A stretch of DNA of 42,574 bases, taken from assembly GCA_964200185.2 (NCBI GenBank), contig CAXNAD020000029.1, forward strand, positions 1 to 42,574, in the 5' to 3' direction. Within the stretch, counting starts at the first letter, position 1; each line of letters starts with the position of its first letter. Both the position numbers and the translations under genes were made by a program. Source of the stretch: Choristocarpus tenellus KU-1152. Lineage: Eukaryota > Protista > Phaeophyceae. Of the stretch, positions 21,741 to 34,900 are shown piece after piece. A model generated the notes under the pieces. It did not search any database. It was given only the letters and a program-made list of their open reading frames with translations, and was not told where the DNA came from.

Positions 21741-24700
21741 TCATTTATTTGATTTTGTCCTTTCTGGTCTTGTTACAGGAACAACTTTGTCGAGGTCTGT
21801 GCACAAATCCCTGACTGGTAGCCCTGCCTTGCTAATGTTTTCCTCCTGCTCTGAAGTGCCTCTCAATGCAAGACCTTCAGCAGAGATATTCATGAGACTC
21901 TTTGAATGTAATTGTTCCTCTACTTCTTCTAAGGTTTTTGATAGGAATTCTTGATGTATGGTTGCAGATTTTGAGTCTTCTTTTTTTGCATTGCTCTTTC
22001 TGTTTGCATGTCCAAGAGCCACTGCCCCCTCTTGTTGTACAGTTGGTCTTGTCCTTGCATTAGATGAGGCCCCCAGGTACTCGACAAGGACAAGCGGTTG
22101 GCTGTATGGGCTAATTTGATCCGTTTTGCGAGCTTTTTCAAAAGCAGGATTTGGGTTCACTTTGTTTTTGGGCATGCCCAGGCTGCCCATCTTTCGTTGT
22201 GAAGCCACAAGGTGAACAAGTGGGTTGTACTCCTTTGACACATTGGCACTCCCAAGATCTTGGAAGAACTTGTCCTCTCGCTGACGAATGATTTCTTCCA
22301 CAGGCTGATTCCACTCAGGCTGTGCATTATGTTCTCTCAATGAGGTGTCTTCGCTATTGGGACTATAACCACCTGGTGCATCTATTTGTCTGGTGTAGGA
22401 GGGAGGTGTAGGTGCAACCAGAGAATATAAATTATGTGACATGGCAAAGATGTTCTTGTACGATTGGGAGTTGATTGAAATTGTTAGAGGTGGATTACCT
22501 GCGAATGACTTCTGGAAGCTGGGGTGAATTCTTTTGTCTGATGATTGGCTGGCTTTTGCTCTGTCTCAATACCCTTGAGGATTGCACTGTTGCCTCCCTG
22601 CTCAATGGTTGCCATTCGCTTGGTGAGACCTTACATCTGCTGAGAGTCTGTGATCTTTTCTCTGCACTGTAGTGTGTTGATATTGTATGGTCTCTTAGTG
22701 CCTGTCGACCAGAAGCTCGAAATGCCAGGGAGGCCAGCTCTGCATATACCAGGAAGCAGTCCTCACAGACCAGGGTGGTCTTTGTTCCAACAGGAGTTCG
22801 TTGTGTGTGAATACAGGAGGTTAGTGTATGTGTATGCAAAGCCTCCCGCAGAATCCCTTGTTTGCTCATACATCAGTGTTTGGATTTCCTACAACCTGTA
22901 TCATTTTACTTCTTTGTGTGTCTCAGTCACAGAGTAGCATAGATCATTTGGCATTGATTGGCACATTTTCTTCCATTTTCCACTTTATTGATTACACCAC
23001 ACATTGTTAAGGTTAGGGTTAGTCTAACTGTAACTCCAACCCTATGGACATACATGTAGCTCAGTGTTTGAAGGCCTGCATTCCTTTGGAGGTTGTATGC
23101 AGGTTCAAACCCACTTGTCATCAGATTTATTTCAAGGGAAACGTGATTTTGATGATTCAAGTTCTAGAGGCAAGCACAGCGGATTGTACTCCTATCCTAT
23201 CCTGTCTGTTGCTGTACTAAAAAAACAAGGGGACTGAAATTATGTGGTGGGGCTTTAATTACCAAGCAACACAAAGGCAAGTAAAGTAGTACACCTGATT
23301 ACAGGGAAAAGGTTGATGGATGAGTGGTGAGAAATTGTAATTAGTTGTAGTGCAGCAGTTAGTTTGATTGGTTAGTGTAGTAAGTGTTGTAGTGTGTGTA
23401 GCACCTCTGACCATGTGTTGGAACATTCACCGTGCTGAAGTGAAAAAAATAATGCCATCACACTCAATATGGTGTCTGGTGAATTGATCAGCTCTTAACA
23501 ACTTCAGCTTGTTTGGTTTGGTATTCAGAGAAAGAAATTATTTCACACCTTCTCAAAAATTCAAGGGTATCTTAGTGACATGCTGTCTTGCTGCAATAAG
23601 AACATCCATATTCTTGTCACATGATCATTATAGGAAGGGAAGGAGCACCGCCATAGCCCATGTCAAAATGTTTTACTTGTCATGAGAAGTTTTTGGATAT
23701 GGTGCTACTCACTCCAATATATTCGGTCTATTGATCGTTAGTTGTCAAAACATTGACCCAACCAATCTTACTGTTACCACACGTAAACTATGTATTGGAT
23801 ATTGTAGTATGAAGTAGGATATTAACCTCTTCACATAGTCTTGTGTTAGTAGTATCTTGCAAGATGAAGTACCAGTGAGGAACATGTCACAATGTCAGTT
23901 TCTGATTATCAATAAATTGATGGGCCTACAGAACTGTGCAAGAAATAGTAGATGGCAAATTGATATTTCGTTGAGAGTACCCAGGGGAGGACAAATATCA
24001 AATCAGCCTATGTGTATGAGGCTTTATGAGGCTTTGTGGTAAGTAAGGTAATCTGTGTTGACACATCTATGACTTCGATTGTGTGATCCTGGACTGTAGA
24101 GTGGCAAGAGGAGTGACTGGGGTTGGACATACATACCCTTACCAATAGGATGGATGTGTCTGCAAGCACTGTGGGGTAGATTTTGTGTTAATGCAGTCTC
24201 TATTTTGGTAGGCGTCTGTCAGACTCTTTAACCAGGACCCAGTACCGATACCAGCTGCAGATTGAGGTCCCATTGCTTAAGATACTTTTGTAAGACTCAA
24301 CTGCTGAGGGCAGTGTGCATGTCCAGGTGTGTGAAAAATTTGCAGATGACCATGCAAAAGTCAGGCGTCAAATTTGGCCATCAAGTGTGCAGATGTCTTT
24401 GTAAACTTCAGAAAAGTTTAACTACATCGAATCTAAACTTGAGCCTAGGCTCAATGTGTTGGGAACACCACATATGCTACAATGGGAAGATTAGCCTGGG
24501 GCTAAGGATACAAGGAGGTGTGAACATGAGGTAATTTGTGGGGTATATTTAGATGATCACACAACCCTGACCTTGGCACAACATATCATCGAAGAAATGA
24601 GAATTGTTCCCAGTATTATTTTGAGAATGATGTGCATACCAATGCCGAAGTAAACACAGTTTTCATTGAAAAACACAGTTGCAGCCTTAGGAGAGTGCCA

Positions 24701-27700
24701 CAAAGCCATGATTTTTATAAGAGTATTCTTAATATTTTTTTGCTGTCATATGTTCCTTTCATTGTCAATATTTTGTAAGATACTTTTGTACTTTCTGGCT
24801 TCCAGTCCTTAGTGTTACTGTGCAGGCTCAGGAGTACATTGCGGAGATGCGACATAATGGTTATCGTTAGGTGTTTATGACATTTTGATACTGGCACAAA
24901 GTTGAGAGTTTTTCAGAGTGATGTTTGCAGCTTAATGCGCTCACCTTATAGAGGAACAGAGGGTCACGGCGATGCCGAGAGTAGCTATCAACTGCAAGCT
25001 TTGGATGTAGGAGACGAATTACTGGTGGAATGGTGACATCCTGTGCTGTCAGTGTAGCCAGATTTTTGCCAGCTTTGATCTCAAGGTTGCCGAAACCCAC
25101 TCCACCTGCTGCAGCAATTATGTCCTGGGATGGTGGCCACTCCACTGTACCACTACGATTTGTGGGGTCATTTGACACAAGGTCAACAACCTGAAGGGTA
25201 GGATTATGTCCATTTTGTTTCGCCACAATGTCATTATGACCTAGTATGTTAGCTGTATTTGTCAAAGCATTACCACTAGGCTGTGTCTGCATAGACATGC
25301 CTAAGAATTCACATCGAAGATTCGGGATTTTTAAAATACCATCCGATTGTTTGATTTTTGTAACATTATGTGTTTTTATTTTGTGTGAAAGTGTTCTAGC
25401 AAATGGCAGGAAATGCCACAAGTTCCACATTGCTTTTATATCCTCATCTTTTGTGGTTTCAACTTAACAACTCTATGTATGCAATGATAACAGTATCAGC
25501 CTCTTGCCTTGCTCTTATGGTTATGTAGGACTTGTGAATTTTTCACAATTTTTTCTCAAGTGTGGATGGAGCTATGTCAACTTGGGATAAAGTAGAAAAT
25601 ATCATAGGCTGAATAGTCAGGTACAAAAGTGAGGGTTCATGAATGATACCTAGAACTCTTGTGTAGATACTTGACAGTAACCTGAAGAATTGGCTACATG
25701 TCTTTGATTGCAAATTTATTATTCCATCCTCATTGTAAAGTGTCTACCTCCTAATTAACGACAAACTAATTCCTGTTGTAGGCCTATGTAATCTCACATG
25801 GTTGAAATGTGTGATGATAGTTTTGTAGTGCACAGCATGAAAACTGTCATTTGGCAATCTTCGGGCACAGCTTGAGCACTCCACACTTTGTGTAATCTCC
25901 ATTTCCCTAGGCCCATGTGCAGCCTCTTGATGCATTTTGATATGGGGTGGGATCTTCACCTTTCCCAACAAGGAGTGCAGAGATGTGTTTTTGACATGTG
26001 AAGCATCAGAATGGCTCCAAAGAATAGTACTACAAGCTCTGTATTGTGACCAAATTAGAGCATTATCACCCGAGTCTTCTTGTGACTTGGGATCACAATC
26101 ACACCAATTTATATCAGATGTGTTACACTTCTGAACCACAACTGTGTGCTTCACATGCAGCAAACAGTGAAATGAGGCTACAAGGTCACATAGGTTGATG
26201 AGGGCATGACAAGAGAAAATGTTTTTGTGGGCTAGCTACCAGTATGGTATGAACTTTACTCTAACTCTAATTGGAAAAGGACTAAAGTAGAGATCAAACT
26301 TGCAAGAAAAAGATTGTCTACTTTCATATCCCACACTAGCTTCTGAAGAATCTTCTTTGAGAGTAAAGGGCACACACTGTTACATACACAGAGAACAAAA
26401 ATTCTTGAGTGTTTCAATTTCCGATTGTTACTTCACTGTGATTCAAATGGTAAGATCATTTACCATCGGTGCTGATTCACTACACCGAACAAAATGGTTC
26501 AGGACATGATGTAGTGGGAAACGGAACAACCTGGAAAAAACTTCTAGCTGTGAATTGTATTGATCTACTTCCTGGTACAAAAGTGTGATCTGGTAATTAA
26601 GGTTACTAATAGTAGACCTCACCAACCAAAAACTTGGCATGGTACTGTGACTAAAAATATCTGATTGTAAAATCAACTTTGATTCTCAACTTCCTCTCAA
26701 GAATATCACCCTATATGTGCAGAGTGAAAAGGTATGAATTGGTAGTTGATATGAGGGCAAGTTCTGGAAATTTCACTTCAAGTTGTCATTGTTTAAAGGG
26801 ATCATATGTAGAAAATAAGTAAACTAGTACCAAAGTGGTATGTGGTGGAAAAGAAATAAATGTTGAGTGTGACTGGAAGTAGTCTACACTTGAGTGTGAC
26901 TGGAAGTAGTCTACACTTGAGTGTGACTTACAAATATGGGAAATATAAACACATGGAAAACCAGAAACAGTATATATATACTACCCCAACTATATTCTCA
27001 AGTTTCACTCCAGTCTGTGTGTTGATTTCTCCTAAATTTTGTTCTGTAGATTTACTTCAAAAAGGTCTAAGGAATTCACCTGCTCATTGATGTTAACTGG
27101 CCTGCGTACACTGGTGAGCATTTTATGACCTTGAAGAACCTCATTGGCCACTCTGATAGAGTTGCTCCACAGCAGCCACACACGATCACGAGAATCAAAT
27201 TTGAAGTTGATAGACATTCGGCAAATGCGCACCTTCTGAAATGAAACTTCTCCCACATGCGTGACAAGACTGTCGCAACAGCGTTGCACTTGCGTGGGCA
27301 ACACAGTTCCTCTCAGAGGAACTGGTAGATGCAGTTAGTTCATAGTTAAAATAACTGAGTGAATTTTCTTAACCTACATGGGAGAAACAGTATACTGGAA
27401 ATTGCTCTTTCCACATTCTAGAACTGAAATTTTTCTGCGAATTGGAAAGCTGTCGGTCAATCAATGCTTTTCTGATTTGTTGGATTTGTTATTTCACCAT
27501 AGGGAGTACCTCAATGTAAAATTTTGAGGACTCCTCACATGCCGTGCTGTAGATATCAGGGCCATCGTATGTGACACTTCGCTCATAAAGTCCATAGCGT
27601 TGATCATGGAGCTGGTGACTGTTGACCCTCCTCTCAAGCAGACACATCTTGGGAGACCAAATTGCTCGAACAAGTGCTGCTTGATGATTTGACATTGTGA

Positions 27701-28812
27701 TATGTCAGTGTGGTACTGAAAGCGTGTATGACTTCGTTCCCAAGATTTTGTTGTTAAACTCATGACCTGGGAAAAGTTCGTACCGTTTTTTGTCCCTTTA
27801 GGCTCGATGAATCGCTGCAAGATTCCATTTCGCCCCTTCCAATGATTAAAAAGGAAGTTATCTGTGGGATATTTTGGCTGCAGTGAGTGCAAGGAATTTC
27901 TAAGTTAAACATCACACAGGGCTATAGACAGTGGAACCGCAATGCTCCAAAGCAATCCAGGCTGTATGGAAGCAATGAGACAGAAGCAGTAGGACTACGG
28001 GCACTGTTTAGTCCCTTGCTAATTACTTTCATATGGCCTAGTCAGAGCATCCCATGCGATCGTAGTGCATATCAGTGCATGCCCTACTTTAAACTAAATG
28101 CTCTTGACGATGTGAGGTATTCAGGGACCAGTGTTGCGGTCGGGGCGAAGTATATGTCCTTGAAAAGGATATACATGGTAACAGAGGGTCACATGACAAG
28201 ATTGGTAAAATTTGTGTGCCATATCCCTGTTGTAGGTTCATGCTGCAGACCTGCAGTAGATAACTCGGGATGCTATGAAGAATATAATTCTCGAATGTTG
28301 ACCGAGCATTATAATCTGTTTGAGCATACTCTGTACTGCAAAACTCACGTAAACCCGGTCGATCCATGTACTCGATGCTTGTCCCTGTCTTGTCTTCTGC
28401 GACGTAGAGTAATTTAAGTAACAATTGAGAAAGCTTGATTATTTACATGAAAAGTATGTAACCAATGCGGTGGTTATATGTCACTTCAAGTCAGGAGGGT
28501 GGGGTCACTCTCACCATGGTTAACCCCCGTTGATGTTTTGTCAGTGCTCTCCCATGATATGTAGTATGCTACGACATCCGAACCCAACACTTTCCTGTTG
28601 AACGTTTCCTCAATTTTGGAATTGATAATATTGGTCTTCAGCTTTTTCTTGACCTTTCCATCAACTCCAGTGAAGTACCAATTGACTGGTTGACCGAACT
28701 TGTACACTATTGTATCAGGAACATTGATGGCCGGGCGAAAGTTAAGTTCATCCTTACACCACAAAAATTCGTACAAGTGCTCAAAAACACCGTCTCCTTC
28801 CACCGAGTACAT
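21741..28812 (-). CDS. Uncharacterised protein, about 713 aa; globular N-terminal half, two CxxC pairs, low-complexity C-terminus
   Basis: Exons 28812-28515, 28396-28349, 27861-27784, 27676-27539, 27321-27080, 25959-25798, 25190-24945, 22779-22499, 22389-21741. All GT-AG and phase-consistent, 2142 nt, no internal stop. Two acceptors are AAG and less certain. Confidence 0.8.
26863..26928. repeat. Tandem duplication, 27-bp unit, about 2.4 copies (intronic)
   Basis: TTGAGTGTGACTGGAAGTAGTCTACAC twice, then TTGAGTGTGACT. Confidence 0.9.
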
Positions 28813-28972
28813 TCGAGGAGAGGGGTGAGCATCTTTTAAAACCTTTTCTGTAGTTCAACCAAATATTCAACCTTCCAACCGTTACGCATCTCCTTCCACA
28901 CGGTGATGGAACTCTGTATGTCAATGTCCTTTTTTCCCATCAATCCACCAACCCATATACATCTTAAAAGAG
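28813..28972. promoter_or_regulatory. Very short putative bidirectional promoter (160 bp)
   Basis: Separates divergent ATGs at 28812 (-) and 28973 (+). Confidence 0.5.
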
Positions 28973-31900
28973 ATGGGGGGAAAGGAGTCTCGCGTTGAGC
29001 AGTCTGGGGAAGCTGTGGAAGAGGCTGAGGACGAAATTCACTATTCCCAAGAGTTGTTGGCAACCCTGAAAGCAAAACAAGAGAGGCGGCTACAGGAAAG
29101 GTGAGAAGGTGGCACTCCCTAGTTTTTCTGCCTCATTGACGGCATCCCGCAGAACAATTGACGCCATCCATTTGTGGACCCCAATGTTTGGGGGTCACTA
29201 CTAGTTCGTCTGCCATCTCTTCCGTTGTGTTAATCGTGCCTGACTTTCTGTTGTGCGAATCGCTATAGCGCGAGCCTTCATAATGGATCCGATGAAGTCG
29301 AGACTGGATCTTCCATGACATTAAGAGAGCGGGAGGATATAACTTGGGCTTCGAGGCGACTCGAGGTAAGTGATTATCTGGGCTTGTACCAATGTCTCTA
29401 TACCAGTAGTGCCTATGGGATGGGTCACACCTTTGAACCCGCTATGTTACCCAGAATATGCGAAGGGTGTAAGGGTGTGTGAGGAGGTTGAGAATGGACC
29501 TAATTGCTATACTAGGACTTTAAACTCTGTGGGGCATTTCCGAAGGTGGCCTGACCTATTACCACATCAAATCTCCTTCGCCTGTTGCTACGGGGACAGA
29601 AGAGCTGATGGTAACCTAGACACGGGTTCATTTCTTTTCATCTACCTTCATAGTGACCAACTCGTTTCTATTTCCTGACCCATGTTGCCACTTGCATGTT
29701 GCACTATGAATTTTCTATCGGCGCAGCGAGTTCTAGCTTCAAAAGCATGAACAAGCATCATTTAGAATTGTAAGAGCTTAGAACATATATTCACCTTTAG
29801 AGCATTTTTCGTTTCTCTCAAGCATAGTTGGATTTATTTTCTTGCGCTGTTTTAAAAAATTTGAAGCGTAATTTATTACATCAACTGGTACAGTACTACT
29901 GTAATTCGCAAAATGATACTTCTGTCCGTAGGTTTTGACCCAACAATTGTGCAATGAAATATGTAGTTGCTTTTGGTGGTCATGCCATGAGAGAGGCAGC
30001 GATCCGGAGTGCCTTAAAGTGACCCCTGGATGCTTGGATTGTGCAACAGAAAAATACCATATCTGGACTGTTAAGAGTATGTTTTGCGACTTAGTTTGTA
30101 TATTTTAGGATAATTGGAGAGTGCACTTAGCATTTTGAAGTGAATTTTTTTACCATATTCTTTCTACTCAGGACTAGATGGGTTGGGGCGCTCCAGAGTG
30201 TTCCACAATAATTCATGATGCACGAGGTTAAGATTTTTTTTTCCTCAAAAGAAAATATCTTTTGCTTCAGACCATATTTCAGGACCATAGAAGCAAGAAA
30301 TGAGCATAATTCAAACACTTCGGTGAAGAATGCAATTCTCAAAACAGGCTAGAAATTCAATTCAAACTCTCTGACATTTACTGTTGGAATGGACAATTCA
30401 ATGCAATCCAAAAGACATGTTGGATGATTATTAGTCATCATTGGTTACCTAGGCACTGCAATTTATTGCTCCAGTAAATGCCTGACCAGATTCGAAAATT
30501 CACCAAAAATGAGGATACCAGGTTGTACAGATCAGTTACACCAAAATCCGTGCCCAAGCCTCCACAGCCCATGCATCTTGGAGAGGCGCTCAAACACCCC
30601 AGAAGACTTCCTGATCCTTGCTTCTGCAGTCCTCATCTGCCACATTCTCGTTATAATTTTTTCTCCCCCATCCTCCCAATCTTCAACTGACACAACTGTC
30701 ATTACTCTTGATGATATGTCCTTATTGATGGTTGCACCGTCCACTGTGAATGTCACAATAAACTTATGGTGCTTCTCTCATTAGGGGTCTAACTGATCAC
30801 TACTCCACACCAAGTTTTCACCTTGGAGGCCTCGGTGATCTTGGACAGGGTGAGTGTTACGTTACCCTGTATACCTCAACAACTAGCCCAATGTTTATCT
30901 CAAACATCATCACCTTTGTTGCTTCAGCTCATTTCACAGACTATAAATTTCGCAAAGCAGAGATTGTTCCAGTGAAATATAGATCCAGGACAGGGTATCT
31001 AACCTGGTGCACAGGGATTTTCACCAACCTCCTAACTCTATCAAAGAACATGAAAATTGCATGTTCCTGGCAATGAAGGAGAGAAATTGATTAAAAGGGT
31101 GCCATAGCTACTTTTGGTATGGACGAAAGCTGCAATCATCCACTTGCAAGCTGATCTTGCCCAGTCAACCCAGTCAATTTCATAGTGCCTTACGTCTTTC
31201 AAGATGTCCAATGTGCCCGTTGATGCACTGCCCTTGCTCATAAACAGATATTGACTGGCCCCTTGCCTAGACATCATCCATGCAATTTTTGAACCTACTA
31301 GTTCTTTTTCAGAGACCTCATACAGTGCTTAATTCAGAGGGTTCTTAACAAGAAGGCATATTACGCAACAACTAAGTGGCTGATCTAAGTCTCAGTTGAA
31401 TGGAAATTTGCGGAAATATCTTTAGATGCACGTATAATAGGATCGTTTAGTGGTGTGGAACAAAATAATTTACAATATTTGCACTTGAAATTAAATTGGG
31501 TAGAAATTTTTCAATTGATTCAATGAAGTGTTGGTGCACAACGCATGTAATGCATGCAGATTGTTCAGTAGTGTGTAGTACAGTGAGGAAAAGAATTTCA
31601 AAGTCTCCAGGTAAATCCAAAGTAACAAGGAAAATGTAGTGAGTTGTGAATAAAACGTGATTCTGCTGTGACCTCTGACGCATTCAGTCACACTTCTGCT
31701 TGTATTTTTTGATTTGAAAGAAATGAATAACTGAACTTTTCTGGTTCAGTTTATTCCAATTACTTGAACTGCTACATGTCACGATCCTTGGACAGTTACA
31801 TATTTTTTACTTCTTGGCAGTTTTGTACGTCTGTGCTGCACTAACCCAATATTTCGTCTCTATTAATTTGCCATACTGTCAACACGTCTCATATCACGTT

Positions 31901-34900
31901 GATCTTGCCCCCATTACAAACTTTTTGGTGGGCTGGTAGCATGTCAGTGTAGGTCCATCTAGATTGTGTATGCTTATCACACTTGGCTTGTGTTGTTAGA
32001 GTTCTAGCCTATGTTTGTGCTGTTTGTGAGTCTGCTTTTTGGTGTCATGGAGTTGGACAACCCTGCAGTCCAGAAGTCTTCCATTTTTTTAGGAGAGCAT
32101 GGATTGTCCTCTTTCCAGCATTCTTTTTTTAATCAAAATTGTTGTAGTTTTATTTTTATTTTTATTGGATACTACAATGATACTGAGGGATTTGAATGTC
32201 GATACTATGCACTATGCCTTACACAGTAGATACTCTCTTTTTGAAAATTATTTTATTTGTTCTTAGATATGGTAAAAAAATATAACTAGTCAAACCAGTG
32301 CATGCACCTGTATGTTCTCCGTCTGTCCAAAGTGGATGTGTTGTTTGTGCAGAATGATTTAAACAGCACAGCTGCCTGCATAGGTTCACAGCCACCCTTG
32401 CTGCCTGTATTTGTGGTCAGCTCAGCTGATTCCTTGGGCAGTCTGATAATAGCTGACTTGCCCTGGTGAAGTGTTCTATTCAATCTCATGTTGTTTCTGT
32501 CTACCAATTAATCAGCGTTGCAGAAAGCATGCTGTCTTGTGCAATAAGAGATTCAAATCTGGGAGTTTACTTTTTGAGAGTCAGGAGCCTAATCTGGGAG
32601 CAAGACACCACAGCATGTTCAGTTGCACTAGGGTTGGGCTTAGGGGTTTGCACATGAAGCAAAAGGTCTGAGAAAAAGTAAACGTTAGCCACTTAGTCTC
32701 ATTCCCCCTTTTCTCGAGTGTGTGGTGTCCGAGAGCATTTTTTGCCCCAAACTCATTAAGTACATGCTTGTAACTTTTTCCAAGATGTACAAATTTTCTT
32801 GGACACTATTCAACTGCCATGACAGTTTATAGTGAGGTCAATACATGGAATAATAGGCAGTTGAATGCAGACCAGTATTACCCGTATGACTTTGTGTGCC
32901 AAAGAAATATGACAATATTTTGTACCCATCTTTCATATTTGAAGCGCCCTACCCTGGTGTGAAGCATGGATAGCTCACACATTTTGGTCATGGAAAGATC
33001 GTTGTTGAAGACATCCAGCTCTCAACATTTTTTCCTTCAAGTAATCTCCAGTGCACACAAGGAGTGCGAAAAGATCCAGTACTGCCCTAGGAAGACTTCA
33101 TAATTATATGATGAGAGTGTCTAGAAATTTTACTTGATCCCGATAGCTTTGAGGAATCTGGAATGTTTGTAGAGCATCGTTGTGATCATTTTGGAATGAA
33201 ATACTTTTTTTTCAGGGGATGGTGTCATTACAGGACAAGCTACTATAAATGGTCGTTTAGTTTTTGTTTATAGCCAGGATTTCACAATACTTGGTGTATC
33301 ATTGGGAGAAGGTCATGCAAAGAAAAAATTGTGATTCGCTAGATTCAGCAATTGGAGTTTTAGATATTGATGACATGTCAAGCTCTACTTGAAGGTTTGA
33401 GACTCAATATACACTGCCGTTAGTGGTGTAATCATTATGCAATCCTCATCAAGTTCCAAACTTGATCCACTCCTGAAATTCAGATGCTATGTAGAGGCTT
33501 GGCAAGAGGTCAATACCTCCACAACATGGACTTGGGGTCCCATCTCTTAAAGACCTAGCTGAAGACAAGTCTTCTGTTTTGCACAAGACAGTAAATGTGT
33601 AGAAGGCCCACTCTGGATTTGTTGGGACAGATGAACATTAAGAGATGAACACACTATGGGCGTACAAAGCAGTGGAGCTAATGGTTTTGGGGGACACTGT
33701 TCTGCCCAGTGATTGTCAGCTCTGAGTGCATCTTCTGCAAATCCAAATTACTACCTTCCGTCCAGTAGCATACCTGAACCTGTTTCTACACAGGATGTTT
33801 CTTCCTGTGTGGACTGTTCTTACGCATTGCAGTAGCTCATCTATTTACCAAGAGATCCAGTTTGTTGAATTTTGAGCTGTGAATTTTGACAATCATGTTG
33901 ATAAATACAATTGAGAGTAAGAATAATCGAGTTCGTAACTGAATTTTTTTAATTGGTTGATTACTTAGTATATGTGTGCTATGCAATTCAGTTTAACTTC
34001 CATCTGACGCTTGGTGTTTCCCACAGACACCTGGTGTCACTTCAATTCAATCAGAATAACAACGATTTTGGATCATTATCAAAACACTTCCAAATTCTTT
34101 TGATTCACAACACTGGAGTATTTTAGTGTAAATGTAGAAATACCTTCAAATAACAATTTCATCTGAATTGAGGAGACGTGCTTATGTGAGCATGACCTGC
34201 TTTTTGAACTGGTACATGATTGCCGTAAAATACTTTTATCACTCAGACCTTTATGTGGCAGACCCCCTGAGTACTCTTGAGTCACTACAGAGTAAATCAA
34301 GCGTGGATTATAAGTACCTCCATTTGGAATTAAATGTAACACAACTTCTACAATCCTAGTGAAGAAGCAAGATCTTTTTTTTACACGTTCATATTTTATG
34401 GGTGTATTGTGCAGACACTCAAAGGTCGCCCACCAAAATCTCGAGCAAAATGGGGCAGCCTACACCTATCTATGATTCTGCCCCTGAAGTCCTCCAAAAC
34501 CCCATTCCAGTGCAGTATTTCACTGCATCCCTTGGGGCATTTGAGCGGAGCTTGCTCGCCTTCTCAGTCTTTCCTTGCTAAGATGGGCAATTTTGAAGAC
34601 GGTGTCACCCTTGACCCCAGTACTTTACTGTACACTTTGAAGAGGCCCTCTCAGATGCGCTCTGGTGCCTCCCGGGGGACGCATCGAATGCCTCCATTGT
34701 GGCCTCCACCAGCTCCTCTCTGTTGGTTTTTCCCAAGTCTTCCTTCAGCTGCTGGATGGAATGAGAGAATCCCAAGTCATTGACATTGAGATCAGGTGAG
34801 TTGGCTGGCTGTGTCTCTATGATAATGTCTTCCCCCGTTGCCTCCTTGATTCCTCTATAATACCTCCTGTGATGTGTGGCTTTGCCCTGTCCTGCTGTGC

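Noticed and set aside
23008-23024. Telomere-like TTAGGG motifs (also ~16050 and ~32630)
   Set aside because: Only one or two degenerate units; compatible with chance.
26863-26928. 27-bp repeat as a CRISPR array
   Set aside because: Adjacent copies with no spacers, in a eukaryotic intron.
29932-30018. Cys-rich phase-0 candidate exon ([11 protein letters not shown]...) for the MIC19-like gene
   Set aside because: Weak donor, and the protein is complete and more family-like without it.
30420-31290. Short ORFs in the large intron
   Set aside because: No recognisable domain; probably old repeat debris.
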